This document shows positions 1-13,560 of a stretch of 64,000 nucleotides of DNA, in pieces. The position numbers and the translations under genes were made by a program. Location of the stretch: contig CM075990.1 in the NCBI GenBank assembly GCA_038087875.1, positions 10,850,001-10,914,000 on the forward strand, given 5' to 3'. Numbering within the stretch: position 1 is the first letter of the stretch; the number at the start of each line of letters is the position of its first letter. This stretch comes from Malacoraja senta (Eukaryota). A model generated the notes under the pieces. The model had not been told where the DNA came from, made no database searches, and was given only the letters and a program-made list of their open reading frames with translations.

Positions 1-559
1 AAAACGTTGAGTAAATGTTCAAAGACCATCTCATAATACAGTTCTCGCACCCAGATTCAACCGAAAACAGATGAATTAACTCATGCCACTGTCATCGGCT
101 CGTTTTCACAAAGAAAAATCATTGCAAGAAGCACTTAGATATTGACATATATTGGCATAAGGTATTCAAAGTGCATGGATCTTTTTCAACTTCCATGTCA
201 CTGATCGGCTAAACTCTGCCCAAGTATAAAGCAAATACAGGAAACAAAAAATACATTAATCAATAGAAATAACATTTATATTACAATAATTTACATATAT
301 ACAACACCCATAATATTAAAACATCAACACATTTTGCAGAAACGATCCAAAACAAACCAACTTCACAATTAAATTAAGTTGAACCGATGACCAAAAGGAT
401 TGAGGCCCAGAAAGGCAATTCAAAAGCCTCAAACTTGGGTGACTGAAGGCACAGCTGGCAGTAATACGGTCATAAAATTCTGGTTGAACAAGAGGCCAGA
501 AAAGGATGAGTGACTTGGTCATGGAGGCTACAAAAAAAAAGTTGGGGGGGGGGGGGGAA

Positions 560-720
560 GGACATAGAGGTGAGGACATGGTGGTGTCTAGAAACAAGAA
601 TGAGAATATTAAATTCTAAATATTGTAGGACCGGAAACCAATGAAGGCCTGGAATTCACTTGATGGGTGATTAAAGTGCAGGGATCTGAATTTTGTATGA
701 ACTCAATTCACGGAAGATGA
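560..720 (-). mobile_element. Old L2-clade LINE 3' remnant
   Basis: Minus-strand translation LHWFPVLQYLEFNILILVSR resembles the L2 C-terminal motif LHWLPVxxRIxFKILLL. Confidence 0.6.
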
Positions 721-3527
721 AAGATTCTCTTGCTGTCCATTGAAAAGGAACAATGAAAATTATTTGCTAAGCATTACTGTAGATTGCAAAGAGCGTGTCA
801 TATTATCAAGACAAAAAAAAGTTGTGAAGCAATGTCAGTTAACCAGTGAACAAAGATAATATTGCAAAAAGCAGCAAAACTTTCAGGGATATTATAACTT
901 GGGCATGTAGAGACATTTGTTTTCTTAAACTAATTCCTTTTTTATTTGTGTCTGGCATGATACAAAAGCCAACAATGAATGAACTGAAAGATGTGCAATC
1001 ACTAAAACTTGGCATTGCGAATACTCTTTCAGAGACAAACTAGTTCCACTTGCTCTAGCAATGACTGCTTTCCTTGCACATACCATAAACTATAATTAAC
1101 AACTCACAAATTGACACGTATACTCTGTGAAATAACACTTCTTAAAAGATATGTTTCGAATGGAGAAATCAATGCCACCATGAACAGGGACCCAATTTGC
1201 ATCTAGAATACCAATGGCATCCTAAAAGAAATTCAGCACCTAAAGTTAACAATTGGTATACAATTTCCCAATGTTGAAAGGAAAAGGACAAGCTGAAAGG
1301 AATAAATAGTGTTATGTTGCATTTTTACGACTTTCAAAAATACTTCATATGAAAGCCAAAACATAACGTTAATAATAACTACATAATCAATAATTGAAGT
1401 TTTTAGTCAAAAATCATTTTTATTTCTTAATTTTTTAATTAATTCATCTTTTCTCAAAGGATGAACATCTCAAGTAATAGACTTAAACTTTTCAAATCTT
1501 ACTTTATTTGAAGATTGGTTCCTGCTGAGTTCAGCAAACATTTTGTTACGGGACGTTCATATATTTTCCTGCAGCCTTTAGATTTAAATTGCGAAATATA
1601 CTTTTTAACCAAATCTCAAGATTTTAAAAAAAAGTTACATCTCAACCAAATTGCTTCAAACAAACGGGAGGAAAAAAATCACATTTTGCTCACTCAGCAA
1701 ATGCTTATTTTTCTTTCATTTAATTTTTTTTAATTAAAAAAATATATATAAATATGCACACTTGCATTCAGATACTGATTAATTCCAAGATCACCTCAGA
1801 TTTTTTTTCAAAATGATGAAATACTGGAAATTAATGTCCATTTTTTACTTCCATTTAATGACAATCAAACAAGAACTGTGGTCTCATTACCATTTCATTT
1901 GCTTCCTCGTGCTATTTAGCTATATTTCAAGCCCATAATATGCATTTTGATATTCATTTTCTTTTAGCTACTTATAAAGCACTTTTGTATTTTATACAAC
2001 ACTTTAACATTTAGTAAACTCTATAAACCACTATTATACAAGTAATTTCTATGCATTCTGACCTATCCTTGTTCCCCATATAATTAACTAGTTCAAACAT
2101 ATCTATTTTTTTTAACAAGCTAGATGCACCTGAAAAGAGCACTTAGAAAATTATTTATTCCATATTAGTGTCCCCAATAAGCCAGTATTTTTTTCTGCTG
2201 AAAGTCATAGATATTGCATCCGAAACAGAAATGTTCACTGATATAGTCTAGGAATAGGCTACATTCTTTGACAAGTTTGTCTGAACAAGGAAATCAGAGC
2301 TGAATGGCAATGTAACTTCACATTCTTGCCCTTTCCTTTAATGCAGACTTTAATGACTTTGCAACAAGGGCCAATGGCAAAAGACAAAAACTACAATTTT
2401 TTTAATTGCCCTCTTCATGTAAAAATGTTTCCTAAGTTCAAACTTGAATAGCCTGCATCTATTAATTTTTTACCACATTGCCCAAATGCAGGGCTCCCTC
2501 CTATAGAAATAGCTTCTCCCCAATACCTTACCAATGTCATATCTTAGCAGTTCTAACATCCATTAGATGCAGCTCTAGTTTCTATAATACTTAATTTAAC
2601 CCTCAAATCCGGATATTATTTCTCCAAACCCGAGTGGAGAGATTACTTCTGGGCAAACACATTTCAATGTGTACTCATTGTAATGCAGGGATTTAAATAG
2701 CTAGAGCATGATTTTTACCCCACTTGTGTAGAGATTCTCTACAATAATGACCAGCAATCTTTTTGACTATTTCTACCCCTGTTCATAATCTTTGTGCATG
2801 GTTCCTCAAGTTTATTTCGATTCCTAATGCCTGATCCTACAGAACACCGTTCTATGCTTTTGAAGTTCAAAATATATAACATCACATTTGCCCATGCCAA
2901 AATCCTTTTTTTTTTTAAATCAATATCTCTTCGCAATTTAATAGTTAAAGCCATGTTGCTTGCAATGCAGACATCCTTTGAGTTTTCAACAAATTATTTG
3001 TGTTGTTCTTTTCTTCCCCTGCTTTCTAAATCATTTCTAAATACGGTTCCAATGTACACCCTTGCAGTATTAGTCATGCCCTACCAACCTGGGTATCTGC
3101 AATTTACTCCTACTGTCCTTTCATCCTTTTGCCAATTTTATCTTCAGGTCAGTAATTTACCTTCACTTTATAACTTTCTACTTTAGCTGAAAGTCCTAAG
3201 AATAATGCTACTGAAACTATATGATCATAATAGATATAACATTTGTGAGAAATCAGACAATTTCATTTATTTACATAAATATTTTCTAAAATGTAAAATA
3301 TTAATAACTACACAACACTTTACAAATTTATCTTTAAATTGTTCTAATTTCATACGAGGATCCAAATAAAGATTACAATTAAATCGTGTTTAAATATTAA
3401 TCGTTGCAAAATTGTTAATATGTCCAAATAAAAACACTTATGTAATCATTTAATCCAGGATGGAACTTCATTTCACTTTATATTAAAATCAAATCAATGA
3501 TGCATCTTCAGTAAAAATTCCAGTTAA

Positions 3528-3543
3528 CCTCTAGGTGGCACTA
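3528..3543 (+). promoter_or_regulatory. Candidate CTCF site
   Basis: CCTCTAGGTGGCACTA matches the CTCF core CC(A/T)C(C/T)AG(G/A)(G/T)GGC(A/G)CTA and sits in AT-rich, apparently non-repetitive sequence. Confidence 0.5.
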
Positions 3544-5309
3544 TATACAAGCATGGACAATATGCTTCACAAAATGACTTGTAAATTTTTCAAAGTATCA
3601 CAAAATTAAATCATCAATAAAAGTTATCATGCATTAATCGCACATCCAAAAAACCTCCAATTCTAAAAATAGCTACCTCACTATATCTCTGAACAAGATC
3701 TAATCATGCTGAATCTTTGTATTAAATTGTGGTATTTAATATATATTTTGTGAGAAACCTGCACCTTTAGATTTGACAAAATGTAAAACTGAGCATTTTA
3801 TTCTATCCTTGATCTTGATTTTTCTCTAAGTAAGAATTCATTTAAGAACAAATTACTAATTTATCAGAGGCTGATTTTCCTTTCTGTAAAAGTGGCGAAT
3901 CATTGATAAATTATTTGTGTTTTTGTATGAAACTTCTGTTCCATAAGAAAAGCAACAATTCATAAGAAATGCATAAAAATTCCAGAATTATAACCTACTC
4001 ATCAAACAGTTAAGCTTACTAACCATGCAGAATTATAACCTATTTAAACTCACGGACTATCAAACCTCATGAGAAGCACGTGTAGCTTCAGTACAAATAC
4101 CGTGCACGCCACAAAAACACTGTCCTGTGTAAAATGATCATTGTGTTGAATAAATAGGTTAGGTAGCCAATGGGTTTAAGCAATGTGTTCACAGACATTT
4201 TTAATTTTCCAAGTCAAGTCTGTTTGTTTAGTCACATCTCCATAGAGACTTTAATTGAAATTTATGAGGTCAGACATTTTGATTTGAAGCTAGGCATGCG
4301 AGTGTGGAAACAAGCAAAGTCAAGTTGTTGGTTCACTGTGTAAAAAAAAAAATAGCCTGCTTTATTCAGAGGTCCTTTTTTTTTTAATGTACAGTATAAA
4401 GATATGGGTTTATAGCATTATATCTGGGCTGAAGAGTGGAAAGTCAAAGAATAGCACCGGCAATTATTATAGATTTCAGACTTAGTGGGTGTTGCACAAA
4501 GCATAAAGTGTTAAGAATGCGTTTGCAGGAAAAGAAATGGAAGGTGGTGGAAATGACAACAGAAATAAGGCTTTAAACAAAACTCGACGTCTAAGAAATA
4601 TATCCCTCATGGAAATATTCTGTTACAAAATATTTGGTTGTTACTTAACCGTAAGTATAATCTTTCACATGCTTTGACCACATGTTAGCTCTGTGCATAT
4701 TTGGATAAATTGCACTCATCGGGAGATAAATTATCTTGGAATTTTTCTAAGTCTACTTCTTTTACAGTTAACATGTTTTAAACTCTTCCATAATGCAACT
4801 CAGAGTGGACATCGCCTTCTGCAGAGATCCCCAAGAGCAGACAACGAGACAGCTCAAAGTAACAAAGCAATTTGTTGATTCTATATGAAAGAATCATCAT
4901 GTCAGGTTTAAAAAGATAAGCAAGATAGGAGCTTTCTGGGTCAAGCTTAAACTTCAATCAAATAACAATAATTGATTCAAGTGATTTGTGGAAAGCTCTA
5001 TGTACATATGACTATAACAGAACATGTCAGGTTTCCAGGGTCCTAATCCTTCAGGCCAGTTTGGAATATTACAGCCACAAAGGATGCTTAATCTGCTATG
5101 TCAGCAATTCTCAGTAGAATCAGTGCTCTCGTCCATGTTGCTCTGAAGCTTTCAAGCAATGACCAAAACAACAACTATGCATGGAACAACTATGCAATAG
5201 ACACGAGAAAATTATGCTATTTCTCACTTTCCTTGGGATCAGCAATGACTTCCCTGCGTTCCAGTTCTGTGTATTCATGGATGGTTTGTGGTGCTAATTG
5301 AATCAGTCT

Positions 5310-5490
5310 CATAGACAAAGAACCAGGCCCTTCACCCCAGCATGTCCAAGCTGACCATTTAGACCATCTACACCTCTCCGATTTGATCACATTAGGTCAA
5401 CATTCTTCTCTACCTTGCATATCAAAATATGTGAATAAATGTCTCCTAAAATAAGTGATTGTATCCGATTCCACCAAACCTTATGGAAAC
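5310..5490 (-). mobile_element. Old CR1 3' tail
   Basis: The pattern aggcccttc..cccagcatgtcc...aaatgtctcctaaaa...tccacca is shared with other CR1 tails in the window. Confidence 0.55.
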
Positions 5491-5519
5491 CTGATAAGAT
5501 TAGCAGGTGGGTAGTTTGG

Positions 5520-6200
5520 GAAGGGATGCTCATCCTCAATTAGGTTTCTGCAGGCATCAAATGTATTGGCTCAAGGATTTAAATGCCAGCCCAAGTGCTC
5601 CTCCATTTCAAGTGGACCTAACCAGCATATGGGAGTGTTTCACTTCAAAGATTTATTGAATCCTTTTCTCTTTCCATGATTTAATTTCATTGGCAGGTTC
5701 TTCCTGAGTTATGCAAAGGAGTCCATGTTTTCCTGAGTTGGTCTTTATAATTGAAGTGCAGCATTGCACAGCGGGACAGGTTGACTATTTTCTTTTGTGA
5801 AAGTTTTCATCAAAGCTGATTCTCTCACATGAGTCAACTTTGAGATGGTGACAACTTGGGGTCAGTTCATGTTGTCTGTGTACTGCAACTCCATGACTAA
5901 TGTTGAGGTAACATCACTTCTGGAGTAGAGATGATTGAAGTTGAATAGTCTTCATTAGCCCTATTCCAGTAGATTAGCTCTACTCCAGTAGGAAGGAATG
6001 TAGCAACATTGGAACTGTTGGTTAAGATTACATCTCACATCAATGTTTGTTTGCAGCCAACATTTGAGAAACTTGTTCAACAGTCCCCTTCATTGGCAGA
6101 ATGAAAGGCTTTTATCTCGTGGTTCTTGCAGCTCCCTCAATTTCTCATGGAGTTGCCACACAATGAAAATCATGTCCCAGGCCACCAAAATGAGGTAATT
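5520..6200 (-). mobile_element. Decayed RTE-clade (BovB-like) LINE RT fragment
   Basis: Minus-strand peptides DMIFIVWQLHEKLRELQEP (cf. DMIFxxRQLQEKCREQ), LFNFNHLYSR (cf. LFNLRRL) and VMELQYTDN (cf. ELQYADD) occur in the expected order. Confidence 0.7.
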
Positions 6201-6562
6201 ATTCACAGGCCTCAACTGATTAAAATAAAGCCACCTGTCAAGATTAAAGATGGCTGGGTCAGGGCGAATAATCCTACTGTGGAAATTGAGGAATTTCAAT
6301 TCAGTTTAACTATTTGTGCAAAATGTCTTCTATTTTGGGATATGTAACCTGAGGTCTGCCCTGCATAATTTATCAATAAATCATCCTGCTCACTTTTCTG
6401 TATTTGTCTACACAAGGATTTGTGGTTCTGAGGTCTTTCAACATACCACAAAGTGAGGGAGGAAATCATAAAAAATGTCTGACTACTTGTATTAGAATTC
6501 CATCATGTTCATGCCCCACCACTGTAACAGGCAAAAACAGTGTGAAATCACCGAAACAAGAT

Positions 6563-6667
6563 CAAAATGTCACCTATTCCTTTTCTCTAGAGATGCTGCC
6601 TGACCCGCTGAGTCACTCCAGCTTTTGTCATCGTTTTAAACCAGCATCTGCGGTTCCTCCCAACACA
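6563..6667 (+). mobile_element. PLE-terminus-derived short repeat (hammerhead core lost)
   Basis: aaaatgtcacctattcc...agagatgctgcctgacccgctgag...ccagcatctgcggttcc matches the 3' terminus of the PLE at 43302-44349. Confidence 0.85.
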
Positions 6668-8479
6668 TTAGTAAAAGTCTCCATTTGTATTCTGAAAAAT
6701 CTTCTGTAAAAATATCAACAAGCAAACTCAAAAGTGTGAGTCGAGGCAACAATCAAGCCCCTGGTGCCACACCATTTTCATGCTGTAGGGTATATTTTGA
6801 AGGGAAGTGGTTATATTTAAAGATCTATGGGTCTATCTATCTTCAATAAGTGCAAACTATTGCTGCTCAGTTACTTCTCAGTACAATTGCTTTGAGTATT
6901 TCTTTTTGAAAGCCACCAACAAACAATATCATCATGATCTGCTTTGAGTAACTATAAAGCACAAGTCTCCATTCTTTGAAACCTCACTGTCCAGAGGGAA
7001 TGAATCTCACCTCTCCTCACAGATTAGTCACTAACGAATCAACCTACAGTAAGATATTCACGAAAACAGCTATCACATGACTGCAAAGAAAATGATCAAC
7101 GTCATTTCCTGTTCATGTGGCAATTGAAAGAACTACAAAGAACTAAATCCAAAGTTCAAATAAGAACAGCTGTCAACCCACAGAAATAATCACACTGAAC
7201 TGTTTCTTTATCAAATTCACGTTCAGGGCAGTCAGTTGACATACCCTACTCTAAAGCATAAAAGATCATCTCTATTCTCAAAGAAACCCATTCTAATTCC
7301 AAACAACAAAAAGAACAATCAATAGTAAATAAAACTGGACTTTTCCAAGACATTAGGATCAAACATTTTGCTTTTAAAGCAATGGTTAATTCCATTTGAA
7401 GGAAGTACAAAAACATACCAAGAACATCCATATGAAATTAGAATTAAATTGGTATGAAATGTCACAGTGGAACTCCAAAGATTTAACTCTTTCTGACAAA
7501 CAGGGTTGTCCTCCTTATGTCAAAAACCAGGATATAAGAAAGTTATAAAGAGATGTAGATGAATTAAATGAATGGTAAAAATCTGGTAAATGATCAACCA
7601 AATGCTTCAACCCATTCTAGAGTTTCCTTTGGTGCCAATTATTAAGTTGTTTAATTGAACGTGCCCTCTTTTTAACCAAAAAATTATGTTCCTTGCAGTC
7701 CTTCATCTGCAAAATTAATTGCTTCCGTTTAATAAAGTCTGAGTCCCGCCCCATAATAAATCTTCCAGTTGGTATCCAACCAACGCTTTCAAACTAACAA
7801 GGTCTGCAATGGCAACCTCTAATAGCAGAATGGGAAATAAAATACATCTCAAGTACATTTTGTTCAAATAGGAATAAAAGTCAATTAACCAATTTCTTTC
7901 AGTAATGATGCCTGAAATGAATCCAAGATCTTTCATAATTTATATAAACTAAACGGATTTGAGTAAACTGCCAACTTTTAATTTTCTTGCTCAAAAGGCA
8001 CATAAAGACAGCAAATGTTCTTTCTCTCTCGCTCTGTCTCTCTAATACACACACAATTTTACTTAAAAATGGAATTGGACTTCACCAGTCCACATCCCTC
8101 AAAAAGGATTACTGATGGGCTGGCAACAATGTTCTATCTATTATCCTTCAACAAACGAGCCCCTAGTGACTCAATCTGAAGGAGATATCCCCAGCCATAT
8201 TATGTTGAAATACCATCACCAAAGCTGTAGAATAACCACTGCAAGTAAAATTAAAAATCAATGTTTTTGCTGCAGACACACATCTCAGCAACAATTATAT
8301 TCTCAGAGCCAATGTAGCACCAAGAGTTAACACTGAATTGTTAAGGACCAATGTTTTTGGAGGGCATATTGATGAAAATGCAAAGCAGTTTGTTGCATAT
8401 GCTTGTTGGAAAATTACATTAATTCCAAGCTAAAAATCTGCCCCCTCAAAAACAATTAGAATCAGATTGATCCTATGAT

Positions 8480-8950
8480 TTTGTAGAATCAAATAAATTA
8501 ACAGCAGAGTAATGCAGGATCTGGACCAAGATTGTCACAAGAGCTGATTAGGAGCGACCCGATTTAATCCCACTTCCCATCTCTTGCTCTGTAGCCTTGT
8601 CGGTCTCATGAAGAAACTCTCTTTGGCAACAAATTAAAGTCACCCACTACCACTGAAGAGATTTTATTCAATCTCTCACTCTTCCTTCTCTAATTATCTT
8701 AATTGTTTACTGACCTCTCTACCAGGGGAAACCAATCCTTCCTATTTCATCCAAATAAATCTCTCAATTGTATACAACTTAACTAATATCCCCAACTCAC
8801 CTCAAACCATCTCCGTTCAAAACAAAATGGCATCTTTCTTCAAAATTAACAACTTTAAACTTGGTAACATCCTTGTGTAGTTCCATTCCTTCTTTTACAC
8901 TGTAACATGCATCATGACCTGCGGTGACCTAACAACGACTACATACAGAT
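8480..8950 (-). mobile_element. Very old CR1 3' remnant
   Basis: Degenerate similarity to the other minus-strand CR1 3' ends (cccactaccactga..., ggtaacatccttgtg...). Confidence 0.4.
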
Positions 8951-10720
8951 CATGGGTTATTTCCCTTCTCTTCCTTTGTGTGCCTCAGCCAATAGACTTG
9001 AAAGAAATTTCACCCTGAAGACAAATACAAGAAGGCTATGTATTAAAAATGTTACTTTAATGAGAAAACTCTTTTTAACTTGATTTGATGTCACAGAAGA
9101 TATGCAAATGGTTTTAGAGCAAGTGAGTGTGAATACAAACCTACGCATCTGAAACGTTCCTATGCACGCCTACACATGCACAGGCGTAAAAAGCTCAGAC
9201 ATTTTGAATATTTCAGAATGGATCCTTTGACTCACTTCTAGATTTGCACAAACTTAAAGATTTTCATACTAGTTCAAGCTCAACTTGTTGGTATTCAAAG
9301 ACAAAATTAAAACAGCACCAGTCAAAGCTGATATGAGAACGCAATGCTGCAGATATCCACTATGCAAACAACAATGCAAAGTCACAGAAGATCATTACTG
9401 CTATGCTGTTGACGGAGTCAGAGTTAGACTCAAGAACTGCGACTGCTGAACAACATGAAGAGGACACTGTGCCCACTTACCATGGGAGAGGTGCTTTTGC
9501 AGATATATCAGTCTACCTCCCAAGTCTGATATATTAACCTTTAGACAGCATCTTCATTTTAATGCAGAGATTCAGCATGTGCTTCAGACTAATTTAAGCT
9601 ATAAAAAGAGGATTCAAGAAAAAAAATGTAAAACTCCTCATACCCCCTTGCATTTTCACTATTTTCCTCCATAGAGACTCATTTATAAAAGGATTCACTT
9701 GATTTCCCTGTGCCTCTTTAAAAAAAAATCCCAGATCTGTCGAGGGTTGTGGCCCTTAAAAAAAATACAATACATGGCCATGAAACTAAATTTACAAAAC
9801 TGCGATTGCAAGGAATTACATTCTTAAAGCCACATCAATTCTAATACTAAAGTACAAGAATATTTTTTTTACATTTCAAAAATTGTAAAATTTAATCTTT
9901 ACATATACTCTCGGCCATTAGTACTTGTTTTCTTATTCAATGAAAAATAGGCTCGGATGTGAAGTTTTATAACTCCAAATTAGGCAGACTGTAACTCATT
10001 TTGAATGAACAACACATTTAATCTAATTCAGGTCACCATTAACTTTCTGACCCCCTTCACAGATATCATTGCAAGTTTAATTTTAAACATTCAGTTTCCC
10101 TTTTAAATTATGAAAGAATTATATTCAGTCTAAGTGGCTGAGCTATCTATTTAAAATAGGTGAGGGAGGACAGGGTAAAACAACTACAGAACTAGGTTAG
10201 ATGAGATCAGGACCTATTTGTTTTCAAACAATGGAACAAGCAAGCAGCTTAGACAGGTTTCAGCTCATTGTAAACACTGATAAGTATGTCAAATGAGTTT
10301 CTCTCACATGCATTTCTCCCTCTATAGAATCAAATGTGTTCTGTTACATGGGGGTGCAGGACATTCAATGAATGGGTAGGTTGCACCTTGAGAGCTTGGA
10401 ACAGATTGGATTGACTTTTCCTTCTTTTCATCTGAGTATTTGAATATCATATGATTCTCTCCTAATTCATTACACCGACCATAGAAAGTCAAAATATTAA
10501 AGTGCACGACAGAAATTCTTCAGGAAATATTATGTGCAATCACCCAGGCACTCCTGCAGAATGTTTATTCATCACTTCGTTGGTATTGCAGTCAAATAAA
10601 TTAGGGTTTGCCCTTCTCATCAAAATTCTCTTCCAGGATTCCATGAATCGTGCTTTGTTTGCCAAAAATATCGGCTTTCTGACACGGAGCCTTAAACACA
10701 GCACTTGTATATTATATAAA

Positions 10721-10763
10721 ATACACACACACACACGCACGCGCGCGCACACACACACACACA
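10721..10763. repeat. (CA)n-(CG)n-(CA)n microsatellite
   Basis: atacacacacacacacgcacgcgcgcgcacacacacacacaca, seen directly. Confidence 0.95.
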
Positions 10764-11019
10764 GAGATAACATATAGACTGGCAATTAAGAAAATCCAAA
10801 TTTCTTTCACTGACAAGGTACACCAGTTAATTCCCCATCTGGGGGCTGTGCAACTGATGAAAAGAAAAATACACAAAGATAAGTAAATGTCATTGCAAAT
10901 TGAAATAGCCCTGTGCAAATTTATTTAAAAAAAATGTTTTATGACAATTAAAACCCACACTAAGACATTCAAGAAAAGAAAAATGTATAATTCAAATGTA
11001 ATACTTCTCTCTAGTTTAT

Positions 11020-11122
11020 TATATTGTTTACAGTGTACTATGTTTACATATTCTGTTGTGCTGCAGCAAGTAAGAATTTCATTTTTCAATCTCGGACATA
11101 TGACAATAAAACACTCTTGACT
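11020..11122 (+). mobile_element. LINE 3' tail fragment (Rex1-associated family)
   Basis: ctgttgtgctgcagcaagtaagaatttcat...catatgacaataaaacactcttgact. The same tail occurs at 15960-16075 (+), 22908-23005 (-) and about 62192-62260 (-). Confidence 0.7.
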
Positions 11123-11947
11123 TCTCACTATTCTCATAATTCTCCCCTACAAAAACTGGTACATACAGTCATTCATTTGCAGAGCAAGTTGTTCGTCTTC
11201 CACTTCAATAATGGTCTAAGCTACCAGCTAAATCAGATTTACTAAAATGCTGCAGAAAACTCCATATTAAACCACAAACACTTGTTATCCACTGTCAAAT
11301 TGTTTAATTGACAACGTCTACTGGCAGAGATAACCCCAAAACCTATTTTAGAGATACTAGGAAACTTATCTTCAGCAATAATATGCATTATTTTTTGTTC
11401 CCTTTTCCCTTATTTTTTCTGTTCCCACCTCAAGCAGATATGGAAGAGCAGCCATTGCCAAGTGGAGAAGCACCAAATGCATACCACTCACTAAAATATT
11501 AGTAATATCAAAATAAACACAAAATAAAAGAAACCACCAAGATTTCAATCAAAATCCCAACACCAGCAATCTGCTCATCGGGAGTTGAAGAAGAGCCAGA
11601 AATGTCTGCACAAGTCGAACGAGACCACATGGGCTAGTTTCGCAACGGCCATGTTAAAAAAATATCATAACTTCAAATGCTCACCAATAAATGCTGGGAG
11701 TCATTTTTACAAATAATGACTGCAGGAGCCATTCTTGCTTAGGCTAGTTACTGTTAGCATATTTTATTATTTTGTCTAAATATTTTGCCATTACAATGAT
11801 AAAATCTAAACCTTGGGCCTTATTTTCAAAATACACACTGATAATTACATTTTGAAAAATTGTAATCAGCCATAACTTCATGATGGCAGGGTACCCTGCT
11901 TGCTCAAAGAGAGTTAAGTTTATAATTTAGTGCCAAAGTACACTTAC

Positions 11948-12079
11948 CTATCAATCCATAAGAGAGGAACTTGTTAACAGATGTTAGTGCCAACCCAGTG
12001 ATAGGTCCAGTTGTATCTTCTGATCTGATCACCTCCAGAAAAGGTCGAAGAAATATATTTGGTTCAATCACTGAAAGCT
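11948..12079 (-). CDS. GBF1: Internal coding exon of Golgi brefeldin A-resistant Arf-GEF 1 (N-terminal DCB region)
   Basis: Minus strand reads ttttcattttctcttgtag|AG CTT TCA GTG ATT GAA CCA...GGA TTG ATA G|gtaagtg. The exon is 132 nt, phase 1/1, and encodes (E)LSVIEPNIFLRPFLEVIRSEDTTGPITGLALTSVNKFLSYGLI. This nearly matches the vertebrate GBF1 segment as I recall it (ELSEIEPNVFLRPFLEVIRSEDTTGPITGLALTSVNKFLSYALI). Acceptor and donor are canonical. Confidence 0.94.
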
Positions 12080-12329
12080 CTACAAGAGAAAATGAAAACC
12101 AATAAGTTCCAAATAATCAAACTCAAGCAAGATTTATTAAAGGATGATTATTAAAAATCATACTTTTGTTGTAATGTTTTTCCAATATCTGCTTTCAAAT
12201 GCATATTACACATAATGTATTTTGCATGGCACTTACTAATTCTTTCTAAAATACATTGCTTTGTGCACCCATACACCTACAGCATCTTAACGTATCTTTA
12301 ACAAAACAATGGGTTTTCACAGAAAACCA

Positions 12330-12530
12330 ACTATTATTGTGTGGGAAAATACAGCGATCATTCTTCACGCAGCATGATCCACAATCAACAATGCAATGAA
12401 TGACCACTTAATTTACTTTCAATGTTGTTAAAGGAGAAAATGGATCAAAGTATGTCTTGCTCTTCAATTAATACCTCAATTGCTGAAAGAGGCAAAATGG
12501 GCCTCAAATTATTGTCCCATTTGGAGAATT
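12330..12530 (-). mobile_element. Decayed Deu-domain SINE (SacSINE1/AmnSINE1-like)
   Basis: cacgcagcatgatccacaatcaacaatg...aatgacca...atgttgttaaagga resembles the reverse strand of the Deu domain as I recall it. Confidence 0.5.
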
Positions 12531-12624
12531 CCCACTTTGGTCTCATACCCGAGCTAGAACTCGGATAAAACATTTCCTTGAGCATCGTCTGCTTTGATCT
12601 GTCCTTTTCACACCTCACATGCAC

Positions 12625-12765
12625 TTTGTCCCCTTCTATATCTCTAGTTTCCCTCTCCCTTGACTCAGTCTGAAGAAGGGACTTGACCTCAAACATCACC
12701 CATTCCTTCTCTCCAGAGATGCTATGCTGCCTGTCCTGCTGAGTTAGTCCAGTATTTTGTGTCTT
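12625..12765 (+). mobile_element. PLE-terminus repeat with degenerate hammerhead
   Basis: cagtCTGAAGAagggacttgacctcaaacatcaccc...; the GAAAC/GTC part is mutated. Confidence 0.85.
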
Positions 12766-13466
12766 TTAGTTTAAATGTTACTTGTTTCTGCCATTTGTAA
12801 TGAAAGAAAAAAATAAAAGAGATACATTAAATAGTTAATATTCACAAGCTGGAAGTGACTTGCAAAATGTGTGTTAATAAATGCAACAATTATTTTTGCA
12901 CAAGTTCAGCATGCAGGAAATGAAAAAAAAAAATTTACATCAGAAAAATTGGAAAGGGCACATTTTTCTTGCAATCGTCTGTTTAAAGCACAAAATGAAA
13001 TAAGATAGTCAATTTCATTGAATTCAAGCAATATTGCAATGTAAACTATGCTTTATTTTCCCCTGATGGATTACTGGCATTTACATTTGGAGATGTCTGC
13101 CAGTCATGGGGTTTGGACATAACTGTAGTGAACCTCATTGCCGTGCAGCACTGGAGTGAAAAACAGATGTGTCTGGCCCATTAATGTGTGTGGCATTTAA
13201 AGTGGCCACATACCATCCATCGCAATTTGCTGTACCCAAACAAACCGCAACCATGTAACGCGCACTATCACACTTGATCAAAATTAGATGGAATCCCAGT
13301 TACATTACAGGTCCATAGCTGTTGTCAGATGTCACTTAAACCGTCTTGTCACCTCTTATTCAAGTTTCTACAGGAGTCTTGATATATTACAGGGGCAAGT
13401 ACTGACCCTTAAAATAGCTGATTAAGCACTGCAGATTGGCATAATCTGAAGCTTCAATTAAATGCT

Positions 13467-13560
13467 CAGTCTGAAGGGTCTCGACCCAAAACGTCTCCCA
13501 TTCATTCTCCCCAGAGATGCTGCCTGTCCCGCTGAGTTACTCCAGCATTTTATATCTATC
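13467..13560 (+). mobile_element. PLE-terminus repeat with degenerate hammerhead
   Basis: cagtctgaagggtctcgacccaaaacgtc...gctgagttactccagcatttt; carries a 3-nt deletion and a GAAA>AAAA change. Confidence 0.85.

Larger units (their letters stand above)
1..11947 (-). other. GBF1: Downstream GBF1 intron (>11.9 kb)
   Basis: Starts with the gtaagtg donor. The next expected exon ([26 protein letters not shown]) was not seen in 1-11947. Confidence 0.7.

Noticed and set aside
3983-4042. 15-bp direct repeat cagaattataaccta (similar short duplication at about 5168-5193)
   Set aside because: Consistent with ordinary local slippage duplications; no further structure.
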